This document shows positions 24,744 through 39,560 of a stretch of 64,000 nt of DNA, piece after piece. Both the position numbers and the translations under genes were made by a program. The stretch is taken from the NCBI GenBank assembly GCA_043228905.1, contig JBHGNT010000002.1, positions 26,474,001-26,538,000 on the forward strand. Direction: 5' to 3'. The notes beneath the pieces are model-generated. The model was not told the DNA's origin and did no database searches. It saw only the letters and a program-made list of their open reading frames with translations. Position 1 is the first letter of the stretch. The number at the start of each line of letters is the position of its first letter. The DNA comes from Azolla caroliniana. Lineage: Eukaryota; Plantae; Polypodiophyta.

Positions 24744-27700
24744 CTATGCTCCACCAATCTCAGCACGTTTTGCCTTCTTTGCTTGTATAAGTTTATCTAC
24801 TATGGGTGATTCAAGAGGACTAGCATCAACACACCTCTCTGCTGCTGCAGAAGAAACCTACAAAACACAAGGAAATGGCAACATTGTTCTTAAACATGAC
24901 TTTTGACTTAAGTTTGATCCTAACTGACATCATTTTATCGTTCAGTATTGTTTTTCTTTTCCATCATTCAATCGAAAAATAGTAAGGGGGCCTTCACTTC
25001 CTCTAGCGCACCTCATCCAAGAGGAATTGAATGATATCTTCGTCATCAACGACCTCTCGTAAAGGATCCCGCAAGTATTGAGTATCAACCTGTATCTGCT
25101 GAAACCCACTCCTGCTGAAAGTTTCTAGCCTCACATACTCCTGGAAACTCTTGAGGCTCAGTTTGATAACAGTTGAGATGACAGATCCCTACAAGCCATG
25201 TGGAATGTTAAATAAATATTTCCATTTTGCTCACTCACAATCCTTAATTGCAATACCTTGGAGGTAAAGACTATATATGTATATACAAAATGTAGAGTTA
25301 ATCCCACATCGTTCTATTACTAATAGTAATTCATCATCATCAGTATCCTAATCCTCCTTGACTCTCTCAACTTCAATGGGAATTACTTCAAAATGTTTTT
25401 TGGCTATCAAATAGTAAAACCTGAGTGTACTCCAACTTGGTGAAGATCTCCACTTTTTGTTTAAATAGCTTCGCAACATCTCTTTCTAACAAATGACTCT
25501 TAGTCCTTTGAGCGATGCTTGAACGGCTGATTCGGTCTTCTCGTAAAGGATTGCTTCTTGAAGAACTTGCACTTCCTGTGCTATCCGATCGCCTGTGTGT
25601 TCGTAGAGTTCCTGGTTCAAGCACTTCTTTAACCTCAATGCTCATGGTCTCAATCTACAGGACAATTTCCAAAGCCAAACTTTCAGATATGCAGAAGCTT
25701 GTCTTGCATAAATATGAAAATTAAGCTTACCTCTTGTAGATATAAATCCACAAACATCCGCACCTCTCGTGGTTCCTTGTACTGTAAACAAACTATTCAA
25801 TTTTATTAAGGAAGAACAAAAACAAAAATATATATAACATTCAGAACCAAAGGCTTTTACCCACCCCACCTTAAGCCAATTGGGCGTTGTCACACTTTTC
25901 TTTATCAACATTGAGAGCTTCTTCGATTGGATTAAGACATACTGCAAAACAATGTACAAGATAACGTGTTGATTACCCCACCAAATATGCCACAATCAGT
26001 ACTGCAAAAGAGTCATCCTAGTAAACAAATGTATCTAAACATGACCAGCAATACAGATCATAACAGTAGCCATCATTCCAATGATTGCATGGAGCATCTT
26101 ATTTACATCACACATACGTTAGAAGGAAGAATACACTGAGATTCGTGATTACGCCTCAATACAGGTCACAAGGGTAATAATAGCCTAAACCCCTAAAATA
26201 TAAAATGTGGTGTGTGAGCATTCTGAAAACCACCTCCTCATACTTCAGTGATTCACAACAAGTATGATCAGATAAAAATATTTGCATTTTACACCACCTC
26301 TGTTAATCACAAAAACTTGGTCCTTGTGATGAAATCATGCAAAAACAACACTAGGAGAAATTGGATAGTCTTCAATTTCATGTTACATTTTGACAAGCTG
26401 TAATAGTCAATTAGAACTCACATGCTGAAGAAGTTGATCTCCTGTTGCTCTGTAAAGTCTACAAATCTCTGTTGGTATAAATGGAGGCCGATCCTTGGAA
26501 CCTTGTGTTCCACCTCCAGTGAATGAAGCAGCTATTTCCTGTATTTATGGCTTAACATATTTATTTGCAACCCAACTACAGAAAGAATTATTGCTAACTT
26601 GTTGAATACATTTGCTCAAGCACTGCTATTGCCATTTGAAGCCATGTGCATCATAACTTCTTTCATTAAGTATGACCACAATAAGTATTACGTACACTAA
26701 ATAAGTGATACAACAAATGACCCTGGCTAAAGAGCTAGACTCATCAAAATACTTGTACTCGTCGGGATACCTCTGTTATCTTTGGAACAGCGAACTGTTC
26801 TATATAGATTGAAAATCGAGCAAGCAGTAACACAAGCCCACTTGATGCAAGAATCTTTTTTCTGCTATCTTCAGGTACACCCTCTTGTTTGGAGTTGTCA
26901 TGTGGTGTTGATGTGCACATTGCCAGAAAACGATGATTCAGCATCACAAAAAGATCTTGAATACCTCCTTGTACCAAGTCAACATAGAGTGAGCGCCAAT
27001 TGACCATTAAATCCCCTTTATCATCAAGAAGCTCTTTCAAATTCTGCACGGAAATACAAAAGAGAAAAGTGCAATGCCAAAGAATATCATCAGCATTTAC
27101 AGAATTGCATGTTCAGGCCTCTCAAAAGGAATCAAAACTTTTGGTCCAAGGAGATTCTACCGACAACATGTCAAGACTGCCTTGAAAAATGATATTTTGA
27201 GCATTTAAGAGCACTCTTTCCAGTGATTTCTTTCCATTCACAATATCTTTATTGTTTCTAGCTTGTATTGAGTTAGCCACCAAAAGAGCAGCTGGGTTTC
27301 AAAGACATTGAAATATGATCATGAGATGATGTTCACAACTTGAAACACGCAGCAATTTAACATCCTAACATCATTACCAATCAAATTATCATGCAGTCCT
27401 CTAAATCTTCGGGTGACATGTTGTCTCACAGCACCTTCTGCTGCCTGCAATCAGCATCAGTTTTCTTCAAGGAAAAGGAACAGATAGACCTTAATATCAA
27501 AAAGATCACTGGTAGAAATCGAATGTACAGTACCTGCAACGCAAGCAGAGGAAGACCTGCATCAGGTACAACTTCATCCATTTGAGTGACATCTGTGGAT
27601 AAAATTTCTGCAGGATAAAATAAAATTGTGACATAAGTCAGCATGATGTGTAGAATAAAAATTACAAGTACAATACGCATCACCCACTGCCTAATACTTC

Positions 27701-30700
27701 TACTCCCACTTAACATTCTCTTTGATGCTAAGCATCATTCTCGTAATTCAGGATAATATAAGCATCTTGCACTCCATTATTATCATCCTTGCATTGTTTT
27801 TTTTTTGTACTGTCTCCAATAACAGAAGGCCTTTTGCACGTCTGATATGTCTTGTATGCCAATGGTTGCATAATAAATCCAAATAATATAAGCATCTTGC
27901 ATTCCATTATTATCATCCTTGCACTGTTTCTTTACACTTTATCCAATAACAGAGGGCCTTTTGCACATCTGATCTGTCTCATAGGCCACTTGTTGAATAT
28001 GTCATCAACCTCCCATCTCCACTCCCCAAACTTTCATTCTTCCTCCATTTTCCTTTAGTGGATATGCCACCACTCCTTCCATCTCCCCTCTCCTGTGTCT
28101 TTCCAAAGTTCTTAAAAATATGGAAGATCAAAGATTGGGAACATGGTTATGAGAAGATTAAAAGCACTGATCTATTAAGAGTAATAACAAAAGATGAGCA
28201 CATGAGATTATACGATCTGGTTTTTATACACATGCATTGAGAGGAGAGAGCCTTACACAGGCTATGCAAATGAGGCTCATTTCTCTCGATATGACTTCAA
28301 ATTTATTATATAAGTATTAACATTTACATAAAAGAGGTATTTTCTTGTTATTATTTTCAGACATCTCCTCGGAATCCATCTTTCCCCCTCTCCCAGTCTG
28401 TCTAAGAGAGTGGAATAAGGATATTAATCACATCAGTGTCCATTTATGGATTTCCAGATCCATTTGACAAATATCCAATGCATAACACAATGCTCTATCC
28501 CCACAATTCTGATACATAACCAAGCATAATGTGGTATGCATTACATGGAAAGTCATGTAGCATGCAATGCTGATGAGGCTCATTTCTCTCAATATGACTT
28601 CATCTTTATTATAAGAGTAATCATAATTGACATAGAATAGGTATTTTCTTGTTATTATTTTCAGACTTCTCCTCGGAATCCACCTTTCCCCCTTCCTCAG
28701 TCTGTGAAAGAGAGTGGAATAAGGATATTAATCACATCAGTGTTCACTTATGAATAGCCAGATCCATTTGACAATATCCAGTGCATAACACAATGTCTTA
28801 TCCCCACAACTCTGATACATAACCAAGCATCATACGGTATACATTACATGGAAAGTCATGTAGCATTACAACAGCACCAAATCAATAATTATTTTCACTA
28901 CAATGACTCTTAACTAATCAAAACCAAAAGTAAAAAGGGGAGAGTTCCTTCATCTTACTCAAAGCAGATATAAGTTCACTTGCAGAAGGATCTCCAAAGT
29001 CAGGCTGTAATGATTTCTGCACGCTTGCAAGATACCTGGATAACAAAGTTTAAAATAACATCAAGCATAGTATGAAGCATACGTACCATTCGTGCATTCG
29101 CATTCACGCACAATCTTATCATTCGTGTAAGAGAAACACCCTCGAAGTATGGTAAATACTAAATACTGAATACCATACTTTTGCACTCATTATTTATTAT
29201 AAGGTTTTCTTTTTTAGGGTAAGAAAGTTAAGGTAAGTTAAGGTATAAAGTGTAAAAAAAACCACAAGAATGATTTAATAACATACGCATTCGTTTTCAT
29301 ACGAACGTTTGGGCTAACAAACAGGAATATTACGTACTATGACATCAAGTATCCTAATCCACTCCTGGAACCAAATTGCGCTAGCTTGAAGACAAAATCT
29401 TACTTTCGGAATAAGTCCGTTGCAGCTTCAGTGAGACGTTTTTCAGCCATTGGAAAAATACTTTTGAACATCGATGCTGATTGAGCAAAGTCTGACAGAA
29501 ATTCCTGGTATGATGGAATATTTGAAGGTTACAAGACTTGATATCCTTGATCTAATTCAGCACAGGAATCATCCTTGGAACAAAAGATTTTCAATGAGGA
29601 AACTACATAATGTATTAGAAATTACACCTTATTAATAGTCTCCATCAACTTCCTTGGTGACTGATGTTCGGAATCATTCATAGGTGCATCATTTGACTTC
29701 TTTGAAATGCCTTCAACTCCTTGAAGGGCCACGGCAAGCCGTTCTAAAACTCCAGTCAAATATATATCCATTATGTTTTCAATCTGAAGCAATAAGGTCC
29801 CAAACTTGTTTCTTGTTATCATGGACAACACATGCAATTGATAGTACGTAATAAAGCGAAACCTTAACTCCCCAAAGTTACTTTGAGCAAAACTCAGACC
29901 AATAACTATGATCAAAACCTTATATCAACATAAATAGACACTCAATTAAACTCTAATACGATAGCGTACTACCAAACCAGTGACTCGCTACAATGGTGAT
30001 GATAATGTATTCTTTACATGACTAATTTATATAATCCCTCTCTCGATTATGATATATGTAGGATTTCTACAACATTAATTGTGCTGTCACATGATATGCA
30101 TACCGGATGGTCTAGTTCCCGTAATAATCCAACAGCTTCTGCACGGGAAGCTATTGGCTCTGAATCTGCCATTACATGAGCCTGCATCAGAAGACATTCA
30201 GCAAAAGCTACCTATACATATACAGTACAAAACCATAGAGTAAAGACGCAATGACTTACCTGTAGTCTTTTTGAAATTATTGCCATCACCTCTTCTGATT
30301 CTTCCTTGCAACTTTGAAACGATGTTTTTCCATACGCCTACCCTAAAAGAATGCCATAAGCAATATTTTCACTGAAGCAATGCAGCGTCTAGTAAGAAGG
30401 TATTACCTCAAAACCGTAATGCACAATATTGATTCTCAATTACCTTCAAAATAGGAAGAGCCCCTTTGTAAAATCTTACTGCATCTCGATAAGCCTCTGA
30501 TTTCAGGCACTTTCGAAGTCTTTTGGGCAGGTCAAAAACAAACTATACATAGCACACAGTATACATTTAGTAATAGGAAACGCACATAATGGGTACAAAA
30601 TCCCATACTTGATTATTACTTAGGTACCTGCACTTTCCTAAGAAGACCACGTGTCCCATTCAACTCTTCGATTCGCCCCCTTCTCTCAAATAGTGATGCA

Positions 30701-33700
30701 TTGACACCATCACTACTAGTCCTTACAACAGTTACCTAAATAGAAATATCATCAATGCAATAAGCATCTTCAGTCAATGACGATACTGTACAAACAAAAT
30801 ATGTCAGAACTCTTACTTTGTTAAGGAGCTGCTCAACATTTGACTCCATACCTGTGATATTTTCCTTCATCCTGTAAACGTTTTAAAAACCAATTATGAG
30901 ATTGGGAATGTCTGTTAATTACCACCCCCTCCTTTCACAAATAGCATGTTTCCCCTTCTCTTTGAGAACTTTTGGGTGGTGAGACATGTTATAAGCCAAC
31001 TCCCCTTTCTTCTACCAACGCATGTTAGAATGATTTAGGTATGGTGGACCATATATAGCAATGTGTGTGTGCATTAAATTTTACCTTCTTATCGTGTCCG
31101 TAGCACTAATGAACTTGTTATAATTCTCATATACCAGCATTTGCATGTCACTGTCAAGGTTCTTTATTTCAGCAGCCATTTCAACATGTTTTTTAAGCAG
31201 ACCCTCAAGGTCTGTTTTATGCACCTGCAAGTCAGGTCAGAATGAAACTAGATCATGAAAAGTCTATTTCTTGTGGATCCTTGAGTCTAACTTTTAGAGC
31301 ACATTAGAAAAAGTATATCAGAGATATATGTACAATATATGTCTCCAGTATTGACTAGTTTCAGTTTCACCATTTCATTCATTCAAATACAACTTATTTT
31401 TCATCAATCTGATCAAAATGATATAGAATAAGAAGACTCCAGATTTAAAAAGCTCCTCATCCATTTCATTCATAGAAGTATTGATTAGTTTCAGTTTCAC
31501 CGTTTAATTCATTACACTACAACTTCTTTTTCTTCAATCTGATCAAAATGGTATAGAATGAGAAGATTCCGGATTAAAAAAGCTCATAAACCATTTCATT
31601 CATAAAAGTATTGACTAGTTTCAGTTTCACCATTTAATTCATTCCACTACAACTTATTTTTCTTCAATCTGATAAAAATGGAATAGAATTAGAAGATTCC
31701 AGATTTTTAAAACTCATCATCCATTTCATTCATAAAAGTTACATCTAAAAATTTTAATTTTAGTAAGATATCAGAAATTGTGTCTACTTACATTATTATA
31801 CACACACACTGATTTGCATTACATTCCTCAATTGATCATTTCACATCAGAGGGCGTGGAAGCTATGAACAATTGCTGCCAAAAAGTGGATGGCCTTGGGT
31901 ATGTACCACATTGTCTGATTTCATTGGGAGCGATATGAAAAATCAATTGAGAAACGAGGTTCATCCACTCACTTGGAGATGTATTGCCATTAGAGTATTT
32001 TTTTTGGGAAATTGAAATTTGCAGAGTGATGACATCATCTCATCTACACAGCAAACACCTGAGGGCCCTTTATCATCTGCCAGATGGAGTCTTAATTGAT
32101 GGATAACCATAAAAAGTGATTTATCTAGAAATCCGGTGACCCTCTGGAGCCAATGTTTAACAAGTTTCTAAAGCATGGAACAACAACTGGTGAGATTCGC
32201 AGAGTGACAACCGCATCTCATCTACAATGCACACACCTTGGACCCTTTTATTATCCGTCAGATAGGATCTTAATTGATGTCCTATCATGGAGAGTGGATT
32301 ATCCACAAATCTGATGATACTCTGGAGCCAAAGTTTTATGAGCTTCTAGAGCATGGGACATCGAACGATTCCATGATATGATGTGCTAAATTAAAAAGGT
32401 AAAGAAAATAAATATTTCTAGAGATTCAAATCTACTTCAAAGAGGCCTACTTTTAATTGGAATTTGGAACCGAGAAATTTCAGAGCTGAATTCGATGGAT
32501 TTGAATCTCTAATTCCTATGTCGGCAGAGTTAAGATCCAAATTTTGTAGAAAATTATGTTACTAGAGAAGGGCTAGACTGTTTGAATACATCATTAAATT
32601 CAAAAAACCAAAGAAATGGTAACAGCATGGGAGAGTTCCAAAACATGAAAGACTACGAGATACACCTGAAAAGTATCATTATTAAGTTTTGATTCCTACA
32701 TTTTAGGCATTGGATACGTAGCTACATACGTAGCTACATTCAATTAATCAAAGAACATAATTAAAAATAGAGACCTACAGAGAAAAATAAAGAAAATGGA
32801 CGAATTTTGAGCTTCTAAATCATGTAAAACTACGAAGTATGCTTCAAAGAATATCACTTTAAAGTATCAGAACATCCTGAAACTGAGGATTTCCTACATT
32901 GTCAAAAAACAGTGTTGAATCTCAAAAGCTGGTAAGCTGCTCAAGTATATGGCTTAATAATAATAGTTCGGAGCTAAACAGACAAAAGAAACCATGACCA
33001 ATTTCGTTTTCCTTGATTACTTTAAAATGTGAAAGTTCAAGAGAAAGAAAGAAAATGAATGGCTTCAGAAATTCGAAAAAAGTGGAAGTTCATCCAATTA
33101 CCAATCGTTAACATACAAAGTAAATTGAGGCAGAAACAAAATGAATATGCTTCCGAAGCATGAGAAACTATAAGATATTTCTAAGGAGATTGCTTTTATT
33201 AGATATAGATTAGGATCCAAGCACATTTGTAGCCTAAACTTAGATTTATTGAAATACAGATCTAAAATCCAAACTCGAACCAGCCAAATAAATGCATTTC
33301 AAGCTTTTACACTATTAAAAACAACAAAATTCTTCGAACGGTTTCTTGCTCTCACTTTCCTAAACTCTACAGATTCGGCATTAGATCCAAAAAAGTTCAA
33401 AAAGAAATAAAGAACCAAAAAAATACTTCAAACAATCTTGCTGCTAACTCTTCATTTCCTAAAATCTTAAGATTCACCATTAGATCTAAAATATTTAGGA
33501 AAAAATAAATGAAAGAGAAAGAAACAAAAAAGTGAAGGACGAACGAACCAGGGAGGACATATAGCGTTCTGCATCAAAATCTTTGCTGTTGATGGCATGG
33601 ATCGTGTCTCTGCGCGAGATATGGGAGGGGGAGAGATCATTTTCTTCTCCATAGAAGCTGTTCAGCAGATCCCTCACGCGCTTCGTCTTCGATTCGAGTT

Positions 33701-33710
33701 CTTCAGCCAT
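24744..33710 (-). CDS. VPS51: Vacuolar protein sorting 51 (GARP/EARP tethering complex subunit), multi-exon
   Basis: N-terminus [31 protein letters not shown]. The next exon encodes [34 protein letters not shown]. Later exons give PNWLK|[36 protein letters not shown] and [16 protein letters not shown]. Stop TAG at 24744-24746. Confidence 0.93.
28271..28866. repeat. About 303-bp tandem duplication in a VPS51 intron
   Basis: tgaggctcatttctctc...gaaagtcatgtagcat starts at 28271 and again at 28574, with scattered substitutions. Confidence 0.9.
29066..29341. mobile_element. hAT-like MITE in a VPS51 intron
   Basis: Termini CATAGTA.../...TACTATG are inverted repeats. A perfect 8-bp target-site duplication ACATCAAG flanks it at 29058-29065 and 29342-29349. 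Confidence 0.85.
31347..31738. repeat. Three copies of an about 130-bp tandem repeat in VPS51 intron 1
   Basis: agtattga(c/t)tagtttcagtttcacc starts at about 31347, 31477 and 31607. Confidence 0.9.
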
Positions 33711-33835
33711 CACTGAGCTGTGCTGCTGCTTCTTCGTAGTCGTCGTCAGGAATCAGAGATAATAACAAATTTGTATCTCCCCAAAATGCCCTTCAATTTT
33801 CATAAATTCTCCAAATGCCCCTATCTCGCGCACCT

Positions 33836-33910
33836 ACATGTATGTATGTATGTATGTATGTATGTATGTATGTATGTATGTATGTATCATGTATGTATGT
33901 ATGTATGTAT
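33836..33910. repeat. (TATG)n microsatellite upstream of VPS51
   Basis: Direct run. Confidence 0.9.
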
Positions 33911-36599
33911 ATGCATGTGTATATATATGTACATGTGTTGCCTTAACCTCTTTAAGTGAGCTATATCCCATCTAGGCACCTCTCTCTATCAACTCACCAC
34001 ATAATCAATTAGGGTTCTCATGACATCCCTCATCTCTGGATACATCAATCATTATGTACCTGTACAACCCCATGTGATACTCTCTCATCTTTCTTCGTTT
34101 CATCCTAAAAACCAACACATTCAATACACCATTATCTTAAACACTGTACACATAAACACACTAATGTCTCTCGTTCAACTATGGATGCCTCAAAGGTTTC
34201 TTAAGTTCAACTAAAATGAATACACGCATCAATACAACGATTAAGAAACATGTATGTCTTATCTTATCCCTTTACCCTCTATGCATTTTAATTCTATTTC
34301 ACTAAAACCTTACAACCAATTTACACGTCCCTCATCGAATGACCGAAATGAGTTCATTGTGATGACCTAACTTTTATAACTATGGTCCTAATTTATCAAG
34401 GATGCAATGTTTGAACTTTGAAGTATATTTTAATGCTAATACAATGATGAAGTTACCGAGTTTTTATCTTATTTTTAGTTTATTGAGAAAGATAAATGAG
34501 TGAATATAATCATTAATAGGGAGGGGATACATCACCCTAGAAGCTCCATCCTCTTGATTATATAAGTGTGTCAAATGCATCCCTCTTGGAACTCAAGGTT
34601 TGGCAACATTGTGGTTTCTTGAGATGGATGAAGGAATGATGTGCAATGTTCATACTCGCATTTGATGGGTCTTAAGGTGACAATGAACCACGAGATAAAA
34701 TACCTATACATAATTGTTTAAAAGAAGGCAATTACCAAGGATATATTGATATTGCATACTAGAGAACATTGTGTGAGCAATGTTGTTTGACATTAGATTT
34801 GCATGTAAAATCATTGAGTTTTTATTTTGGAATTTCACATTTTCAAATATTCTATATGCTTAAGAACAATAAGGATATGGCTTTAAATGTAATTAGTGAG
34901 TTTGATTTTGCATTAATTAGAAAAACTCTTCGTCTTTCTCTTTGAGATAATGCACGCTACTAGTTTATTCCTAATGTCCCAATCCCCATAACAGGAAAGG
35001 TGAATGCAGTGAACTCTTTTGGTGTGTACAAACATTGTTAGATATTCTTTTTACATGAAGTGTGAATTGCTAGGTCTTAAATATAATATCCTCGTACTAA
35101 AGCCAATGTTTTATAAAATAACTTATTCTCCATAAATCGTGGATCGTAACTTGTAAGGTCTCAATTTGTTTATGTTGAATTGAATATCAACTCATGTGGG
35201 CCATTAACTTTCAACATTGCAATGATTACATGTACCGAGTTCCCCTGTAGGCAAAGCGTAAGAGAAATGATATTAGAGTCACGTGGAGAAATGGTCTATA
35301 TGTAGAATGAAAGTTATACATAGAGAGCATGTGCCAAGAACATTAGAGAAACAAGTAAGCAATTGAGTTGGACGTGCAAGTTGGTTACGGATTTGGTCGA
35401 TGACATGTCATGGACTTTTAAAATTAGAATATAATGATGACTAACCAGTGACTATTAGTGACTTCACGATTGAGTTGCAAAAAAAGAAAGGGTGGATTAT
35501 TAGGTGAGATGGGCAAATATGAAGAGGAAGGATGGGCATTTCACATCCACCAAGATTAATAAAGGTTGTATGCCTTGATTATTAAGGTGAGAAAGAAAGT
35601 AATCATTTTCATAAAATCTTATGGATAAGGCCCAATGCCACGCATGAAACAATGGAATACAACCAACCATCATTGAGGTTAATGGAGATAAATAAAAGGA
35701 ATAAACATTGCATTTATACAATAAATATAAAGTAATGATGTGACATCTAAGCCATTATACAAATAACAATTGAAAAACTAACATAAGAAATATAGTCATC
35801 TCAACGAGCAACATTTAGACTTTCATGGAAGAAATATAATTGGAAACTAAATGAAGTGAACTCATTGAGTTGTGATTGAGCACCTGTCAAGATTTCCTTA
35901 ACTACAACTTTTTGTTCACATCCAATACATGCAATATCCAATTGTGGATCATGTTGAATTACAACATGCATCTCGTATGTTGCATGTTGTGATAATGGAC
36001 AACGTGTTTGATATATCTCACTGGTCCTCTATATGCTCACTCTTCGTTTGAAACATGTAGAATAAATTAGTTTGTAATGTTGTCCCTTGACTAGAATAAA
36101 TTTGTGATTGTTCATTACATAAGTCGTCACGTTGTCTTAGGTATGTACTACATATTCAATGCACACCTTTTGTTTTTTGTGTTTATCAATTATCCAAATA
36201 CAATCTCTTTGATAATTTGGTTGGAAGTAGCTCGTTTATGCATTGTACATTCAAATGTTGAAACCATACATGTAATGTTGCATATAGGAATCGACAACCA
36301 TTCAGTTTTGGTTCACCTTTCCTTTACATAATTGGCAAATCACAATGAGATATGTGGACATCAACTTAGAAGTTGGTAACAAATCGCAGAACTATAAAAT
36401 GCGAGGGGCAGATTAAATTGGGCTCAAGTGGACTCATCTTTTGCCTCATCACTTAGTAATTGGCAACAGTTTGTTCACAACCCGACTCATATTATTCAAC
36501 AAGAATGTAGAGGAATAAGAGGAGGAAATGTGATAGTTGATGAGTTAAGGAAGTTGCGGTTACCCTTGCAATATAATATACTTTCTAATTGTCATAAGT

Positions 36600-37720
36600 G
36601 AATGGGATTATTTTCAAATTTTCAGGTTTTATTGGGAGTTCGTGGCCTTGGAGATGATGGTACTTTCTTAAGTTATGATGTTCTACAAGATGGATGATTA
36701 GGGATGATTACCCGGGAAGATGAATGTTTGGCTAAGGCTATATTAAAACCTATTAGAATTCTAGCTAATGTAGATAAGGGTTGGGTTCTTGACCCTAATC
36801 CTAATGACGTGCATCCATGGTGGGATCTATGGGTAGTGGGGAAAAAACCATTATGTGAATTGAATTGGGACCCATGAGAATGGAAGTGGTTGCCTACATC
36901 ATATTCTGGGGAGGATGTTAGGCTGATTCCGTTTTTTTAGTATTCTGTTTGATTGGGAAGGGAGATGATAAGACGTAGGGTACCCCATTGGTCGACAACA
37001 GCAACAAAATGGTTGACTTGTAATGTGGATCCTACTCACATGACAACATTTTGGAAATGGCTATGGGCTCTTCAAATTCCAAAGAAGATTATTCTATTTA
37101 GATGGTTGATTGTTAATTATGTGGTTCCTATTAGGGCTTGGATGTATTGTAAAGAAGTGGATAAGATGTGTGATTTTTGTGGTTTAGAAGTGGAGTCTCT
37201 TCATCACCTATTTTGGTCATGTATGGCTGCCAAATTGGTTTGGAAAAGATTTTTATGTCTCTTGCATGAGGTTTATGGCTCTAGAATATATAAATGGGGG
37301 GTAGATATATGGGCTAATATAAAGGGCGAGGTACAAGATTATGAAAAAGAAAATGTTAACTTTGCATTATATACAAGAGGTCGATATGTTGAGGAAGTGC
37401 CGCCATATATACCTATTAATTCAGTCCAAAATGGCATGGTTTGGGAGACGATTAGTTCAATAATCATATGGGTTTTGTGGACTAGTAGATGTCGAAGGAT
37501 ATTTCAGCAAATTCAATGGAATGTTGTGGATGACCTTAGTGCATACACTAAAAGGAGAATATGATGCTATCAAAGGTGATCCAAATGTAGTCTTTTGAAA
37601 GCAAGAGGTTTTTAAGAAGAGATGGGAAAGGATGAAGGTATTCTGCATGGTTAATGGTGGTATACGTTGGAGGTATCAACCACCACTTTGGGTATTTCCT
37701 CCACCGACATGAGGCATGTG
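36600..37720 (+). mobile_element. 5'-truncated LINE remnant with a zf-RVT domain
   Basis: ORF 36953-37564 reads FWKWLWALQIPKKIILFRWL..CDFCGLEVESLHHLFWSC..AKLVW, then IIWVLWTSRCRRIF. The upstream part has stop codons. Confidence 0.8.
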
Positions 37721-37829
37721 TCAATGTATAACTATTATTACTTATGCTTTGGGACATACATAGGTCTATAGCAGTCTAAGAGTAGTTGAAAGGGACTATG
37801 CCAAATTTTGTGACCTATATTTTTACCTT

Positions 37830-39560
37830 GAAGACATACATAAGCCTAAAAGATATCAGAAGAGGGCAAGACACCCATAATTAGATCATTGAAAGGGAGT
37901 TTGATTCAGATTCGTGTCTTGTGGTGATTCTAGTTTATGCGTATGCTAAATGTGGCATTTTTGAAGATGCTACTGCAGTAATCGGACTACTATCAGCCAG
38001 AGGCAAGGTTTTCATAAATAGCCTTATTGAAGGGCAAAGATGTGTCACTATACAACGGGATACATCAAGCTGAAAATTCATGGAATCACATACATCCAAT
38101 CCGAAATACAAAGTGCAAATTGTCTCCAAAATCAATCAACCAACAACAAGATGTACATTTTAATTAGGAGACATTGAGAAAGTATGAAGATTATAGGTAG
38201 ATATTGTATACATTTACTGGCATCTTGATGTAAAAGTTTATTGGAAGAGAATGTTATTCTTGATAATACTTTTGTTGACGTGTATGCCAAATGTGATGAT
38301 TTGGAAAAAGCTCAGTTGGTGTTTGATGAACTTCCTATTCAAGATTTGGTCTCATGGAGTTCATTGATCTCGAGATATGCTCATCATGGCCACAACGAAG
38401 GTGCATTGAAGTGTTTCAAACAGATAGGCATCACATTCACTTGCACCTTGAAGGCACGTGGAATAGATAGGGGGAAACAAATCCACCATATGAAATGCTT
38501 AAACAAGCATGTCGAGCCCGACAATGTGTTGGTGGATATGTATGCAAAATGTGGTGAGCTAGAAAAAACCGCAGGAAGTGTTTGATGCGCTTTGTGTTCG
38601 TGACGTTGTGTCAATGGAATGTTTTGATCTTTGGATATGTTCCGCAAGGGGAAGGAAGCAAAGCTAAAACTTATTTCAAGAGGATGTAGTGGAATCACTT
38701 CTTGCCAAATACAATCGCCTTTATTTGCATATCAAAGGCTTCTTCAAGCATAGGGGCTTTACATAGAGGTGAGCAAATTCATAGTGAAATTGTAAGTGAA
38801 AGATTGATCGGTAAAGTTTAGAAACTAGATACTGCTTTGGTGGATATGTATGTCAAATGTGGCGAAGTAGGAAAAGTACAAAAAGTCCTCAAGGGGCTAC
38901 CGATTCTTGGAATGCACTAATTTCATGATATTCCCAACATAGATTTGGCTAGGAAGCATGGAATCCTTTTGAAAAAATGCAAAATGATGGTCTTTCTTCG
39001 GATGCAAATACCCTTGTAGTTTGCTAAAGGCTTGTGGCAGTGTAGTCGTGGTTGATAACTGCATAGAAATTCACAATGAAATCGTGAGTACGAGACTGTT
39101 GGAAGACAATATTGAGCTTGGGAATGCTTTCGTGGACATGTATGCTAAATGTGGTGAGCTTGAAAAAACCCAAAAAACATTCAATGATCTTTCAGTTCGG
39201 GTGGGCTAAACAATGGATGTGAAACCTACAAGCCACCAACCAACCATTTGTTTAATGCATCTTGGATTATTCAAGCCCTTCAAATCAACATTGACAGTCA
39301 CTACAACGTTGTTAATGCTTGCATTTGCCGAGCAATAATTGACGCCCAAAAGCTTTGATGAATTATTGTTGGTTGGAGATATGGTACAATGGACTACCAT
39401 GTTATTCGGCTATATTGAGCATGCTATGCAATTTTATCCTCAAATGCTTGTGGCTTCCTCTTACCTTATATGATGACATTTTTTGGTATGTTGAAAGCAT
39501 GTGGCAGCATGGGAGAATTGTTTGTACATACAAAAATGAAATTAGATTTTGTGATGGATG
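37830..39560 (+). pseudogene. Decayed PLS-class pentatricopeptide repeat (PPR) gene
   Basis: Repeated (L/F)VD(M/V)YAKCG(E/D)LEKA..VFDEL...DLVSW..LI motifs near 37930, 38270, 38530, 38840 and 39130, plus LKACGS motifs, broken by frameshifts and stops. Confidence 0.85.

Noticed and set aside
26763-26770. GTATCC donor in VPS51 as a possible U12 intron
   Set aside because: It reads GTATCCCG, not the U12 consensus GTATCCTT, and no clear U12 branch site was seen.
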